Assembly: GCA_963816395.1 (NCBI GenBank)
Contig: CAWFKQ010000016.1
Span: 224,001 to 288,000 of the forward strand
Direction of reading: 5' to 3'
Origin: an uncultured delta proteobacterium
GTDB lineage: Bacteria > Desulfobacterota > Desulfuromonadia > Desulfuromonadales > JACZKF01
Length of the DNA: 64,000 nucleotides
The translations under genes and the position numbers were made by a program. Position 1 is the stretch's first letter, and each line of letters opens with the position of its first letter. Positions 33,352 to 43,208 of the stretch are shown piece by piece. The notes under the pieces are model-generated. The model did not search any database. It was not told the DNA's origin and was given only the letters and a program-made list of their open reading frames with translations.

Positions 33352-34515
33352 TCAAGTCCCAAGCGGCATCTCCTCCGGCTGGAGGTCAAAGCGTGGGATG
33401 CGCTGTACCGCTAGCAAGGAGATCAGGCTGAGCAGCGCGCCAAAGATAAAGGGGATGCGGTAATCGACCATCCAGAGTGCCCCACCGATGGCCGGCATCA
33501 CTACGGCGGCAATGTGGTTGATGGTAAAACCGACTGCCATGCTCGGAGCGATATCCCGGTTATCGGCGACTTTTTGGAAATAAGTGCGGATGGCGATCGC
33601 AAAATTGAACAGGATGTGATCGAGGATGTACATCACGATAACCACCAGCTTCGAGCCACTGAAGGCATAGACCAGGAAGATGCCGATCAGCCCGGCATAT
33701 TCCACCGAGAGGACCCGACGTTCGCCGAAGCGGACGATGGCCTTGCCAATTGCGGGGCTCAGCACGTAGTTGACCGCATTGTTGACGACGAAGAGGAGAG
33801 TGACCTCGGTCACCGTGCAGTGGAATACCTTGACTAGAAGGTAGATCGAAAAGGCAATGAAGATCTGGCGCCGGGCGCCGGCCATAAAAGTGAGGAAATA
33901 ATAGAGGGAGTATCGGCGCCGGAAAATCATCTTTCGTTGCTGCAGCGGCACCTTCTGGTGGGTCGGGTCCTGCAGCAGCCCCCAGAGGCCGGCGGCGACA
34001 ACCAGCAGGCCGATCGAGAGGAACATCACCCGGTAGCTGAAGACCATGCTCATCAGATAAATCACCAGGCCGATGACGATGCTCGCCGCTGCCGCCAGGC
34101 TACGCAGCCGACCAAAGATCAGCGGGGAGGTGGCGGTGCTGAAGTATTGCAGCGTCAGGGACTGATTGGTCGTTTCGTAGTAATGAAAACCGAAGCTCAT
34201 CACCAGGGTCGTGACCACCAGGCCGGGGTAGCTCGGGAAAAAGCCGGTCAAGCCGACACCGGCGCCGAGCAGGACGATGGAAAAAGCCGAGAGCCGGTGC
34301 TCGCGGACCACCAGCATGACGAAAACCGCCAGAAGTGCCAGAAAACCCGGGATTTCGCGTACCGAGCCGATGACTCCGATCTGCAGACCATTGAGGCCCC
34401 CGACTTCTACGGCAAAATTGTTGAACAGGATTTGCCAGCATTGCAGTCCGACCACCGAGGCGGCGGTTTGAACGACCAGGAAGCGCAGCATGGGGCGCTG
34501 CTCATTTGAGATCAT
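33352..34515 (-). CDS. MFS transporter
   Basis: Intact hydrophobic ORF with about 12 TM segments; REIPGFL, GARRQIF motifs. Confidence 0.88.
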   Translation of the reverse strand: MISNEQRPMLRFLVVQTAASVVGLQCWQILFNNFAVEVGGLNGLQIGVIGSVREIPGFLALLAVFVMLVVREHRLSAFSIVLLGAGVGLTGFFPSYPGLVVTTLVMSFGFHYYETTNQSLTLQYFSTATSPLIFGRLRSLAAAASIVIGLVIYLMSMVFSYRVMFLSIGLLVVAAGLWGLLQDPTHQKVPLQQRKMIFRRRYSLYYFLTFMAGARRQIFIAFSIYLLVKVFHCTVTEVTLLFVVNNAVNYVLSPAIGKAIVRFGERRVLSVEYAGLIGIFLVYAFSGSKLVVIVMYILDHILFNFAIAIRTYFQKVADNRDIAPSMAVGFTINHIAAVVMPAIGGALWMVDYRIPFIFGALLSLISLLAVQRIPRFDLQPEEMPLGT

Positions 34516-34651
34516 GGGTACAGCCTTTTACGGGGAATTTTTTCTGAAAGAGGTCGGCAAACAGTCTGCGACAATTTCCGGCAAATGGTAAGAAAAAAGA
34601 GCATCCGCCCACCCGGGCGTGGAAAAATTCCAACCCGGGCTGCATGACTCG

Positions 34652-34852
34652 TCAGATCACCCGGTCGATAAACTCGTCCACCTGCCGTTCCGCCTCTTCC
34701 CGGCTCATCCCGTATTTCTCTTCCAGCTTGCCGATCAGCTGTTCGCGGCGACCGGCGATCCAGTCGACCTCGTCGCCGGTCAGCTCTCCCCAGAATTCCC
34801 GGATTTTTCCCTTCAGCTGAGACCAGCCGGCCCCCAGTTTGTCGGTTTGCAT
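34652..34852 (-). CDS. CsbD family general stress protein
   Basis: WSQLKGKIREFWGELT..E...IAGRREQLIGKLEEKYG. Confidence 0.9.
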   Translation of the reverse strand: MQTDKLGAGWSQLKGKIREFWGELTGDEVDWIAGRREQLIGKLEEKYGMSREEAERQVDEFIDRVI

Positions 34853-34873
34853 GTGCGTTTCCTTTCCTCCCGG

Positions 34874-37800
34874 TCAGTTCTGCTCTTCTGGCCGCCATAC
34901 CGGAAGGGTAAAGGTGAAGGTGCTCCCCCGCCCGGGGACGCTGCTGACGGCGATGCGGCCGCCGTGGGCTTCCACCAGCATGCGGGCAATGAACAGGCCA
35001 AGGCCGACGCCGCCTTCCTTGCGGCCGCTCTTTGGCCGGTAGAAGCGCTCGAAGATATGCCGCTGGTCTTCCGGCTCCAGGCCCTGCCCGTGATCGGTCA
35101 CCGAGATCTCGACTTCCCCGTCGGCGGGGCGCGTGCGAATCTCCACCGGGCTGCCGGCCGGAGAATACTTCAGGGCATTGGTCAGCAGATTCGTCAACAC
35201 CCGCTCCAGACGATGGGGATCGGCCGCCAGCGGCGGCAGTTCCGTCGGGATATCCGCCACGATCCTCTCGACTTCCAGCCCCGGCGCCGAGCTCCGCAGC
35301 AGGTCGGCCAGGAAACTGGCGAAATCGATTCGCTCCCGCTCCAGCCGCAGCTGCCCCCCTTCCAGCCGGGCGGCATCGACCAGATCCTCGATCAGGGCGC
35401 CCATGCGGGCGGAGGCCTGCAGGATCGCCTCGGTGTGCATGCCGACTTCGCTCGGCAGGTCGCGCCCCCGCAGCAGTTTTTCCAGCAATTGCGCATGGCC
35501 GTGGATGACGGTGAGCGGAGTGCGCAGGTCATGGGAAATGGTGTGCGTATAGAGCTCCTGGTTTTTCTGCAGCTCGTGCAGGGGGGTGATGTCGGTGAAG
35601 GTGGCGACCGCTCCCTGGGTGATCCCATCGGCGGTGCGGATCGGCGCGGCGCTCACCGTCGCCCAGATGGTCTGCTCCGGAGCCGGATGCAGGACGAGAA
35701 CCGACCCGAAGACGGTCTCCCCCCGCAAGGCCCGGAAGGTCGGCGACTCCTCTGCCGGAACCGGCGCGCCCTCCGGGGTTTCCACCCGCAGCCAGGCGCT
35801 GCGTTGCGGCAGCGGCAATTCCCGCCGGGCAGCCGTATAGCGGAACATCCTCTCGGCCGCCGGGTTCATCCGCAGGATTTCCCCTCCGGCCCCGTAAATG
35901 ATGACCCCGTCTGGTATGGAAGAGATAGTCGCTTCCAGTTCGGCCAGGACCCGCTCCCGTTCCGCCTCGGCCCGCTTCTGCTCGGTGATGTCGGTAAAAA
36001 TGGCGACCGCCCCCAGCATCTGGCCTTCCGGCGACCGGATGGGAGCGGCACTGACGTTGGTCCAGAGGGTGCGGTCCGGCGCCGGGTGCAGAACCATGAC
36101 CGCGCCGCGGACCGTTTCCCCCCGCAGGGCGCGGGCGACCGGGATCTCGCTCGGCGGGAAGGGCACCCCCGCCGGCGTCTCCACCCGCAGCCAGGCAATC
36201 CTTTCGGCCAGTGGCTCCTGGCGCATCTTCGGGGAGTAGGCGAAGAGATTTTCCGCCGCCGGGTTCATGCGGGCGATCTCCCCTTGCAGGCCGAAGATGA
36301 TGACCGCGTCGGCAATAGAGGCAATCGTCGCGTCCAGCTCGGCGGCCCGCCGCTCCACTTCCGCCAGCAGTCGGGCGCGGTCCTCTTCCGCATTTTTCAG
36401 CGGCGTGATGTCGGTGGAAATCCCTCCCAGGCCATAGATGGCGCCGGCGGCATCGCGCAAGGGGAACTTGGTCGAGATGAAGACATGCCGGCCATCGTCC
36501 TGCGGGATTTCCTCCTCAAAGGTGAGCGGGGAGCCGGTCTCCAGCACCGCCAGGTCATTGGCGCGTACCTGCGCGGCCGAGGTGGGGCTGGCAACCACCT
36601 CGGCATCCGTTTTGCCGATGAACCATTCCAGCGGCCGCCCGAAAATCCGTTCGTATACCCGGTTGACCAGCAGCAGATGACCCTCCCGGTCCTTGAGGTA
36701 AATGGCCGCAGGGGTGTTGTCGAGAACCGCCTGCAGACGCCCTTCGCTCTCCCGCCGGGCCTGTTCCACTTCAACCATCTCGGTGATGTCCTGGGCGACG
36801 GCAACGGCGCCGGCGAGTCGGTCCTCGGCATCGAAGATGGGCGCCGCGGAACTGAGAATGGTGCCGCACCGCCCATCGAAGCGCAGGATATGCGCCTGCT
36901 GGCCATGGACCGGCCGACCTTCCAGCAGCGCCCGCGCCAGAGCCCAGTCTTCCGGCCGCAGCGGTTCACCGGTATCCGCCCGCCAGCCCTGGTACTGGGC
37001 GAACTCCGGAATCCCCTGGGAGTGGGGAGCGCCGCCCCAGATCTGCTCGACCATGCGGTTGGTCTCGATCACCCGGCCGTCGGCATCGGCCATCCAGACG
37101 GCAACCGGCAGGGTATCGAGAACAGTGCGCAGGCGGTTGCGTTCCTCCTCCCCCCGGCGGCGGGCTTCTACCTGGTCGGTGATTTCATTGACGATCAGCA
37201 GCAGATCGGGGACTTTCTCGCCGCCGGGGAGGGGGAGCAGCGACCAGCGCCACCAGGTGATGCCCCGTGTGAAGCCGAGGTGCCGGTATTCCGGATTGGT
37301 GTAGGGCACGCCGGTTTCCGCCACCCGGCGGTAGATGTCCAGCAGGCCGCTCTCGGCCATCCCCGGTATGATCTCCTCGATCGGCCGCCCCCGCAGGTTG
37401 CCCTGGCGGAAGGATTGTTCCAGAAACTGCCGGCCGTAGTCGTTGAGCCATTTGAGCCGCAGACGGCGGCCGTCGACGACCGCCAGGCCGACCGGGGCGT
37501 TCTCGACGATGGCGGCGAACAGGCCCCGGCGCTCCTTCAGTGCCTGCTCCAGGAGCTCCCGTTCGGCCTCCAGCCGCCGCCGGCGGCGGTTCTCTGCCTT
37601 GCGCAGTTCCCGCCGCAGAATCGCTCCCAGGCGCGCCAGCTGCTCCCGGGTGAGATAGGCCTGGGCACCTCCTTGCATGGCCGCCGGAACCAATTCCCGC
37701 CGGCTGGCGAAGATCATGATCCGGACGGCATCCGGCGCCTGCTTCCGCAGCAGGCGCAGGATTGCCCGGCCGCTCAGGCCGGGGAGACTGCCCCCGATGA

Positions 37801-37963
37801 TGACGGCCGCCCAGGGCCCCTCGGCCAGGGCCTGCCGCAGTGCCTGTCCGCTGTCCGCCCGGCACAGTTCGGGTTTGAGATCGCCGCCCTGCAGTTCGCA
37901 AGCGATCCGTTGCGAATCGTCTTCGGACCTCTCGATAATAAGCAGCCGCACAGACCTGGGCAC
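34874..37963 (-). CDS. Multi-PAS sensor histidine kinase with N-terminal degenerate receiver domain
   Basis: Intact 1029-aa ORF; five PAS-like units, SHDLRTPL, NLLTNALKY, GVGLGL. Confidence 0.92.
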   Translation of the reverse strand: MPRSVRLLIIERSEDDSQRIACELQGGDLKPELCRADSGQALRQALAEGPWAAVIIGGSLPGLSGRAILRLLRKQAPDAVRIMIFASRRELVPAAMQGGAQAYLTREQLARLGAILRRELRKAENRRRRRLEAERELLEQALKERRGLFAAIVENAPVGLAVVDGRRLRLKWLNDYGRQFLEQSFRQGNLRGRPIEEIIPGMAESGLLDIYRRVAETGVPYTNPEYRHLGFTRGITWWRWSLLPLPGGEKVPDLLLIVNEITDQVEARRRGEEERNRLRTVLDTLPVAVWMADADGRVIETNRMVEQIWGGAPHSQGIPEFAQYQGWRADTGEPLRPEDWALARALLEGRPVHGQQAHILRFDGRCGTILSSAAPIFDAEDRLAGAVAVAQDITEMVEVEQARRESEGRLQAVLDNTPAAIYLKDREGHLLLVNRVYERIFGRPLEWFIGKTDAEVVASPTSAAQVRANDLAVLETGSPLTFEEEIPQDDGRHVFISTKFPLRDAAGAIYGLGGISTDITPLKNAEEDRARLLAEVERRAAELDATIASIADAVIIFGLQGEIARMNPAAENLFAYSPKMRQEPLAERIAWLRVETPAGVPFPPSEIPVARALRGETVRGAVMVLHPAPDRTLWTNVSAAPIRSPEGQMLGAVAIFTDITEQKRAEAERERVLAELEATISSIPDGVIIYGAGGEILRMNPAAERMFRYTAARRELPLPQRSAWLRVETPEGAPVPAEESPTFRALRGETVFGSVLVLHPAPEQTIWATVSAAPIRTADGITQGAVATFTDITPLHELQKNQELYTHTISHDLRTPLTVIHGHAQLLEKLLRGRDLPSEVGMHTEAILQASARMGALIEDLVDAARLEGGQLRLERERIDFASFLADLLRSSAPGLEVERIVADIPTELPPLAADPHRLERVLTNLLTNALKYSPAGSPVEIRTRPADGEVEISVTDHGQGLEPEDQRHIFERFYRPKSGRKEGGVGLGLFIARMLVEAHGGRIAVSSVPGRGSTFTFTLPVWRPEEQN

Positions 37964-38117
37964 GCTCCGTAAATGGGGAAAATTCCTATTTTATCTTACC
38001 CTTCGATTGTGGAAGGACAAGGGGCCGGGACGTTCGGAAAAGGAAAAAAGCGAAGGAAAACGGCAGGGAGAACAAACTCCCGGAACAGGGAGGAGGAACG
38101 GGGTGCGCGGCGGCTGG

Positions 38118-38282
38118 CTAGTGTCCCGTTTGGTTAGTCCATTCAGATAATTCTGAGGCATTTTGACTGCTGGCAAGGCGCGCCGACGCAGGCCTAGCCT
38201 GCACTAAGCCGAGGAGGCGTAACGCAGCTAGCGGGCAAAAGGACCAGAATTAATGGACGGAATTAACCAATCGGGACACTAG
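38118..38282. mobile_element. MITE-like non-coding element, 165 bp, bounded by CTAG
   Basis: Terminal inverted repeats CTAGTGTCCCG[T/A]TTGGTTA (18/19) extending imperfectly to 38 bp; no transposase. Confidence 0.75.
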
Positions 38283-40351
38283 GGGAGTCCGAAACGCTGC
38301 AGGGCCTCGGCCGTGGCCAGATCGAAGTGCGAGAATTCCATGGTGTAGGTGCCGCGGCCGCGGGTGGCGCTGCGCAGTTCGGTCATGTAGCCGAACATTT
38401 CCGAAAGGGGGACCTGGGCCTGGATCACCTCGGTATCGCCGCGGCTCTGCATGCCTTCAATGCGGCCGCGTTTCTGCTGCAGTGAGCCGAGCGCCCGCCC
38501 GGCATTTTCGCTGGGGACAATCAGCTCCAGGCGCATGATCGGTTCGAGCAGCGCCGGCTCCCCTTCCCGGGCCGCCAGGGCCAGGCCGCGCTGGGCGGCG
38601 GCCCGCAGGCCGAGTTCGGTGGTGACGCCGGGTTCGTAGGGAGCCTCGATGACCCGCACTTCCAGGTCGGTGAAGGGGTAGCCGGCACGGGCGCCGGCCG
38701 CGGCAGCCTGGGTGAGGGCGCTCTCCAGGCTGGCCTGCAGCTCCGGCGGCAGGGGGGCGGCGAGCGGCCGGCGGCAGGACCAGCCGCAGCCCGGCGCCGC
38801 GCGGCAGCGGCGAAAGGCGCAGCAGCACCTCCCCCTTCTGCGGCCGGCCATCCACCTCCCGCTGGAACACCTCCCGGCGCTCCACGGCCCGCTGCAGGGT
38901 TTCCCGGTAGACCACCTGCGGCCGGCCGGTCTTGACCTCGACGCCGAACTCGCGGGCCAGGCGGGTGGTGAGGATCTCCAGGTGCAGCTCCCCCATGCCG
39001 GTGAGGATGGTCTGGCCGGTCTCGGCGTCTTCATGCACCCGGAAGGTGGGGTCTTCCCACTGCAGTTTCTCCAGGGAGGGGAGCAGCTTCTCCCGGCCGT
39101 CAATGCTCTTCGGCTCCACCGCCAGGGAAACCACCGGTTCGGGAATGGCGAGGCCGCCAGCACCAGCGGCCGTTCGGGGCTGCACAGGGTATCGCCGGTC
39201 AGCACGTCTTTCAGACCGGCGGCGGCGACGATATCGCCGGCCCGCGCCTCCTCCAGGCGCTCGCGCTTGTGGGCGTGCATGCGGAAGAGGCGCGCCACCT
39301 TCTCCGAGGCGCCCCGGGTGCTGTTCCAGACCGCGTCGCCGGGGCGCAGGCGGCCGGCGTAGAGGCGCAGGTAGGTGAGCTTGCGACCCTCGTCGGAGAC
39401 CACCTTGAAGGCCAGGGCGCAGAGGGGCGCCTGCGGCTCGCAGGGCAAGTGCACGGTTCTCTCCTGACCGTCCGCCGGCCGGGCGGGGACCGGCGGCGCT
39501 TCCAGGGGGAAGGGAGAAAGGCCCCGACGGCGTCGAGCAGCGGCTGGATCCCCTTGTTGCGCAGGGCGGCGCCGAGCAGCACCGGAAACAGGCGGCATTC
39601 CAGCGTCCCCCGGCGCAGGGCGGCGGTCAGCCGCTCCGCCGCCACTTCCCGGCCGTCGAGGAAATCGGCCAGGATGGCATCGTCGAAATCGGCCGCCGCC
39701 TCGATGATCCGCTCGCGCGGCGACGCGCACCTCCTGCCGCCGCTCGTCGGGAACGGCTGCCGTTTCCATGGTCACGCCCTGATCGGCCTCGGCGAAGGTG
39801 AGCAGGCGCTCCTCCAGCAGATCGATAACGCCGGCGAACCCCGCCTCCTCCCCCAGCGGCAGCTGCAGCAGCACCGGCCTTGCCTGCAGGCGCTCCGCCA
39901 TCTGCGTCAGCACCGCCTGGTAATCGGCGCCGATGCGGTCCATCTTGTTCACCAGGCAGACCCGCGGCACCCGGTAGCGGCTGGCCTGGCGCCAGACCGA
40001 TTCGCTCTGCGGCTGCACCCCCTCGACGGCGCTGAAGATGGCAATCGCCCCGTCGAGCACCCGCAGCGAACGCTCCACTTCGATGGTGAAATCGATGTGC
40101 CCCGGGGTATCGATGAGGTTCAGCCACAGTCCGCCCCAGCGGCAGGTGGTGGCGGTGGCGGTAATGGTGATGCCGCGCTGCTGCTCCTGCTCCATCCAGT
40201 CCATGGTGGCGGAGCCGTCATGGACTTCCCCCATCTTGTGGATTTCGCCGGTGTAAAAGAGGATGCGCTCGGAGACCGTCGTCTTGCCGGCATCGATATG
40301 GGAGATGATGCCGATATTGCGGATATTGGAGAGGGAAGGGGAGGAAGGCAT
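38279..40351 (-). CDS. fusA: Elongation factor G paralog, split by indels
   Basis: [46 protein letters not shown]; not in the str operon. Confidence 0.9.
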   Translation of the reverse strand: MPSSPSLSNIRNIGIISHIDAGKTTVSERILFYTGEIHKMGEVHDGSATMDWMEQEQQRGITITATATTCRWGGLWLNLIDTPGHIDFTIEVERSLRVLDGAIAIFSAVEGVQPQSESVWRQASRYRVPRVCLVNKMDRIGADYQAVLTQMAERLQARPVLLQLPLGEEAGFAGVIDLLEERLLTFAEADQGVTMETAAVPDERRQEVRVAARADHRGGGRFRRCHPGRFPRRPGSGGGAADRRPAPGDAGMPPVSGAARRRPAQQGDPAAARRRRGLSPFPLEAPPVPARPADGQERTVHLPCEPQAPLCALAFKVVSDEGRKLTYLRLYAGRLRPGDAVWNSTRGASEKVARLFRMHAHKRERLEEARAGDIVAAAGLKDVLTGDTLCSPERPLVLAASPFPNRWFPWRWSRRALTAGRSCSPPWRNCSGKTPPSGCMKTPRPARPSSPAWGSCTWRSSPPAWPASSASRSRPAGRRWSTGKPCSGPWSAGRCSSGRWMAGRRRGRCCCAFRRCRAAPGCGWSCRRPLAAPLPPELQASLESALTQAAAAGARAGYPFTDLEVRVIEAPYEPGVTTELGLRAAAQRGLALAAREGEPALLEPIMRLELIVPSENAGRALGSLQQKRGRIEGMQSRGDTEVIQAQVPLSEMFGYMTELRSATRGRGTYTMEFSHFDLATAEALQRFGLP

Positions 40352-40510
40352 AATTTTGAATTATGAATGTTGAATTTTGAATTAAGGAAATTATAACCCG
40401 AAACCGCGAAATTTGTCGGGTACAAATTCTCTGTAAGGCAGGAAATGGAATCCTGCCTGCAAACCGGTTCGGAAATTAATTCAAAATTAAGAATTCAAAA
40501 TTCAAAATTG
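40352..40510. repeat. AT-rich heptamer inverted-repeat element with about 90-bp structured spacer
   Basis: AATTTTGAATTATGAATGTTGAATTTTGAATTA ... TAATTCAAAATTAAGAATTCAAAATTCAAAATT. Confidence 0.85.
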
Positions 40511-40512
40511 CA

Positions 40513-42342
40513 TCAAGCCGCCAACCCCTTGCGGATCTGGTACAGCTCCTCCAGCCCGAGGCCGTTGCCTTCGCAGTATTCCCGCTCGATCTCCTCCACG
40601 TAAAAGCGGTCGAGACCGCTGTTTTCGAGGAAATCCTCACGCAGCGCGGCGTCCTTTTCGACGATGATGCGGGGCAGGAGGTTGTGCAGGTAGATGGCTT
40701 CCTTTTTGATATCGACCACCACGTTGCGGAACAGGGCGGCAGGCAGCTCGCCGCTGAGGTGCCCCTTGCTGCGCAGTTCCTCTTGCACTTCGGTGCGCAG
40801 GATTTCCTGCTCGGCCCGGGTGCTGAAACGGGAGTAGAGGCTGCGGATGCGGTCTTTGACGTGCCCCAGGAGCAGGTTGTAGAACTGTTCTTCCCGGTCC
40901 GACGGCGTCGAGCCGGGCGACCAGTTCCTGGACCGTCTGCCGGCTGTCCTGGATGGCCGCCAGCCCTTCCCGCAGGCAGAGGAGCTTGCGCCGGCCGAAG
41001 CGTCCCAGATACTTGTTGTCCAGAATATCGGCAAAGAACAGGGTCTCGAAAAGCTCTGGAGAGAGCTCGGCGAAGGCTTTCTGGTTGCCGAGCAGACTGC
41101 GGATCGTCTCGTCGGTGAAGCGGACCCCCTCCATGAAAGCCAACTGGCTGATCCTGGCCGAGGTGCTGTCGTAGCGATCGAAGTAGGTGATGATGTAAGA
41201 GAAGCTCTCCAGCAGGGAAAGGTCGGCGCCGTCGCGGATCTTCTCGTCGCAGGCTTTTCCCGCCTCGAGCAGGATCTGCTCGAAGGTGTGGTCGCGGTTT
41301 TCGCTGGCCCGCCGCTTGGCATTGAGCAGCCGGATCATATCCTCCCGGTCGAGGCTGGCGTCGATGTGCCGCTCACCCAGAAACAGCCCGTGCAGGATCT
41401 GCCGGGTCTCGGCCAGGTAATCCTGGTCGGCCAGCTTGACCAGGCTGTCATGCTTGAGCATTTCGTCCAGGGTATAGAAGAGCGCCGAGGGGATCTTGTT
41501 GCGCACCGACAGCGTCTTGAGCCGGTTCAGGCGGGCGTTTTCCAGCTCGTTGATGGTGCCCCGCCGGCTGCATTCGATGAGAATGCTTTTGTACTCATCG
41601 ACGATCCGGCGGTTGTCCGGATGCTTGTACATCACGTCGATGCGGATCCGCTCCTGCTGGTATTTGTCCAGGCCGAGGCTGGCGGCCAGCTGCTCCAGGC
41701 GCTCGGCATCCCGCTCGGAGATGGTCTTGTCCCGGAAGTAGAGGTCGCGAAAGCAGTCGTAGAAGGCCTTGTGCTTTTTATGGATGAGCTTTGATCAGGT
41801 AAAGGGCGCTGCGGTGGCCGAGCAGGCCGAACATCTCCTCGATCAGTTCGGCGTCGTCGCCGTCGCCGACGCTGGTGCTGCGCTTCAGCAGCTTGCCGAG
41901 CAGGCGCAGGATCTCTTCCTGCTGCACGGGGAGGGAGCCGGAGACCGAGCCGGTGAGAAAGAAAAAGTAATTGCAGACGGCGTTCCCCTCGAAAAAGATC
42001 CGTTCGTAATTCTGCCGTCCCTCGGTGCGCCCGGTGAAGACCAGATCGCCGTTGCGCTCGATGGTGGCGCCGAACAGGACCAGGCGGTTGCGCACGTCCA
42101 CCTTGGCCAGGTCGGCCAGCGGCTGGTCGACGCCGAACATGTACTCGCAGAAGGAGCCGCCGTTGCCCCGGTGGCGGATTCCCTCCCGGTCGAGGACGAT
42201 CTCGTTTCCCGGCGAGAAGAAGCGCAGGCCCTCGCCGAGCCGTTTCATAAAAACAGCAGCGGAAGGCATCTCTGGCGGCCGCCGTGGCGAAATACTCGAT
42301 GGTCGGATTCAGGTGGCCGTGCAGGCGGATTTCCTGGTGCAT
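40513..42342 (-). CDS. Conserved hypothetical protein resembling the TIGR04442 family, split by indels
   Basis: Four ORF pieces join to about 600 aa starting MHQEIRLHG and ending REDFLENSGLDRFYVEEIEREY; family recalled from memory, not searched. Confidence 0.75.
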
Positions 42343-42379
42343 GGGCTTCTTTCCAGATGGCATTCCGGCGAGAAAGATT

Positions 42380-43208
42380 TCATCTTACGCGACGAATCGC
42401 CGCAAACTCAAGTTCCTTCTGTCGCCTGGCGGCAATCTGCAGGCACTGACCGTCGTAGGCGAACTCCACCCCCGGCGGCAGTGCGGCGGAATCGGCTGCA
42501 TGCTCCACCTCGTGACTGAGGTGGGTGAGCAGGGTCAGCCGCGGCGCCAGGCGAGCGGCGACTTCCAGCGCCCCGGGGATATTGAAATGGGTTTCGTGCG
42601 GGGTGAAGCGCAGGGCATCGATGATCAGCACCTCCAGTCCCTGCAGGCGGGCCTCCGAGGCCGGAGGGATGGCGCTGCAGTCCGTGAGATAGGCCAGGGG
42701 GCCGAAACGATAGCCGAGGGAGACGCCGCGGCCGTGCTGCAGCGGCAGCGGCAGTACCGGCAGGCCGAAAAGGAGGAAGTCGCCGCCGATCCTGAACGGC
42801 GTCAACTGCGGCCGGTAGCCCTGGTCGAGGGTGTCGTCGAAGATATAGGCAAAGGAGCGGCCGATGAAGTCGATCGTCTCGCTGGAGCCGAAGATGGGAA
42901 TCGGAGGCGCCGGCGGTCAGGCTGAACGGCCGCAGGTCATCGATGCCGTGCAGGTGATCGGCGTGGGTATGGGTGTAGAGAACGGCATCGATCCGGCGGA
43001 TTTTTTCCCGCAGCACCTGCTGGCGCAGGTCCGGGGTGGTATCGACCAGGATATTATGCCCGCCGTAGCCGATCAGCACGCTGCAGCGGGTGCGGGCGTT
43101 CTGCGGCAGGCCGGAGGTGCATACGGCACAGGTGCAGCCGGCTACCGGCACCCCGGTGCTGGTGCCGGAGCCGAGAACGGTTACCGTAAGTTCCGCTCCC
43201 CCCCTCAT
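42380..43208 (-). CDS. MBL-fold metallo-hydrolase (PhnP-like), split by indels
   Basis: [41 protein letters not shown]. Confidence 0.92.

Noticed and set aside
34619..37972. 1117-aa plus-strand ORF and similar long antisense ORFs (18198-20540, 43316-45496)
   Set aside because: Shadow frames of GC-rich genes on the opposite strand with no recognisable motifs
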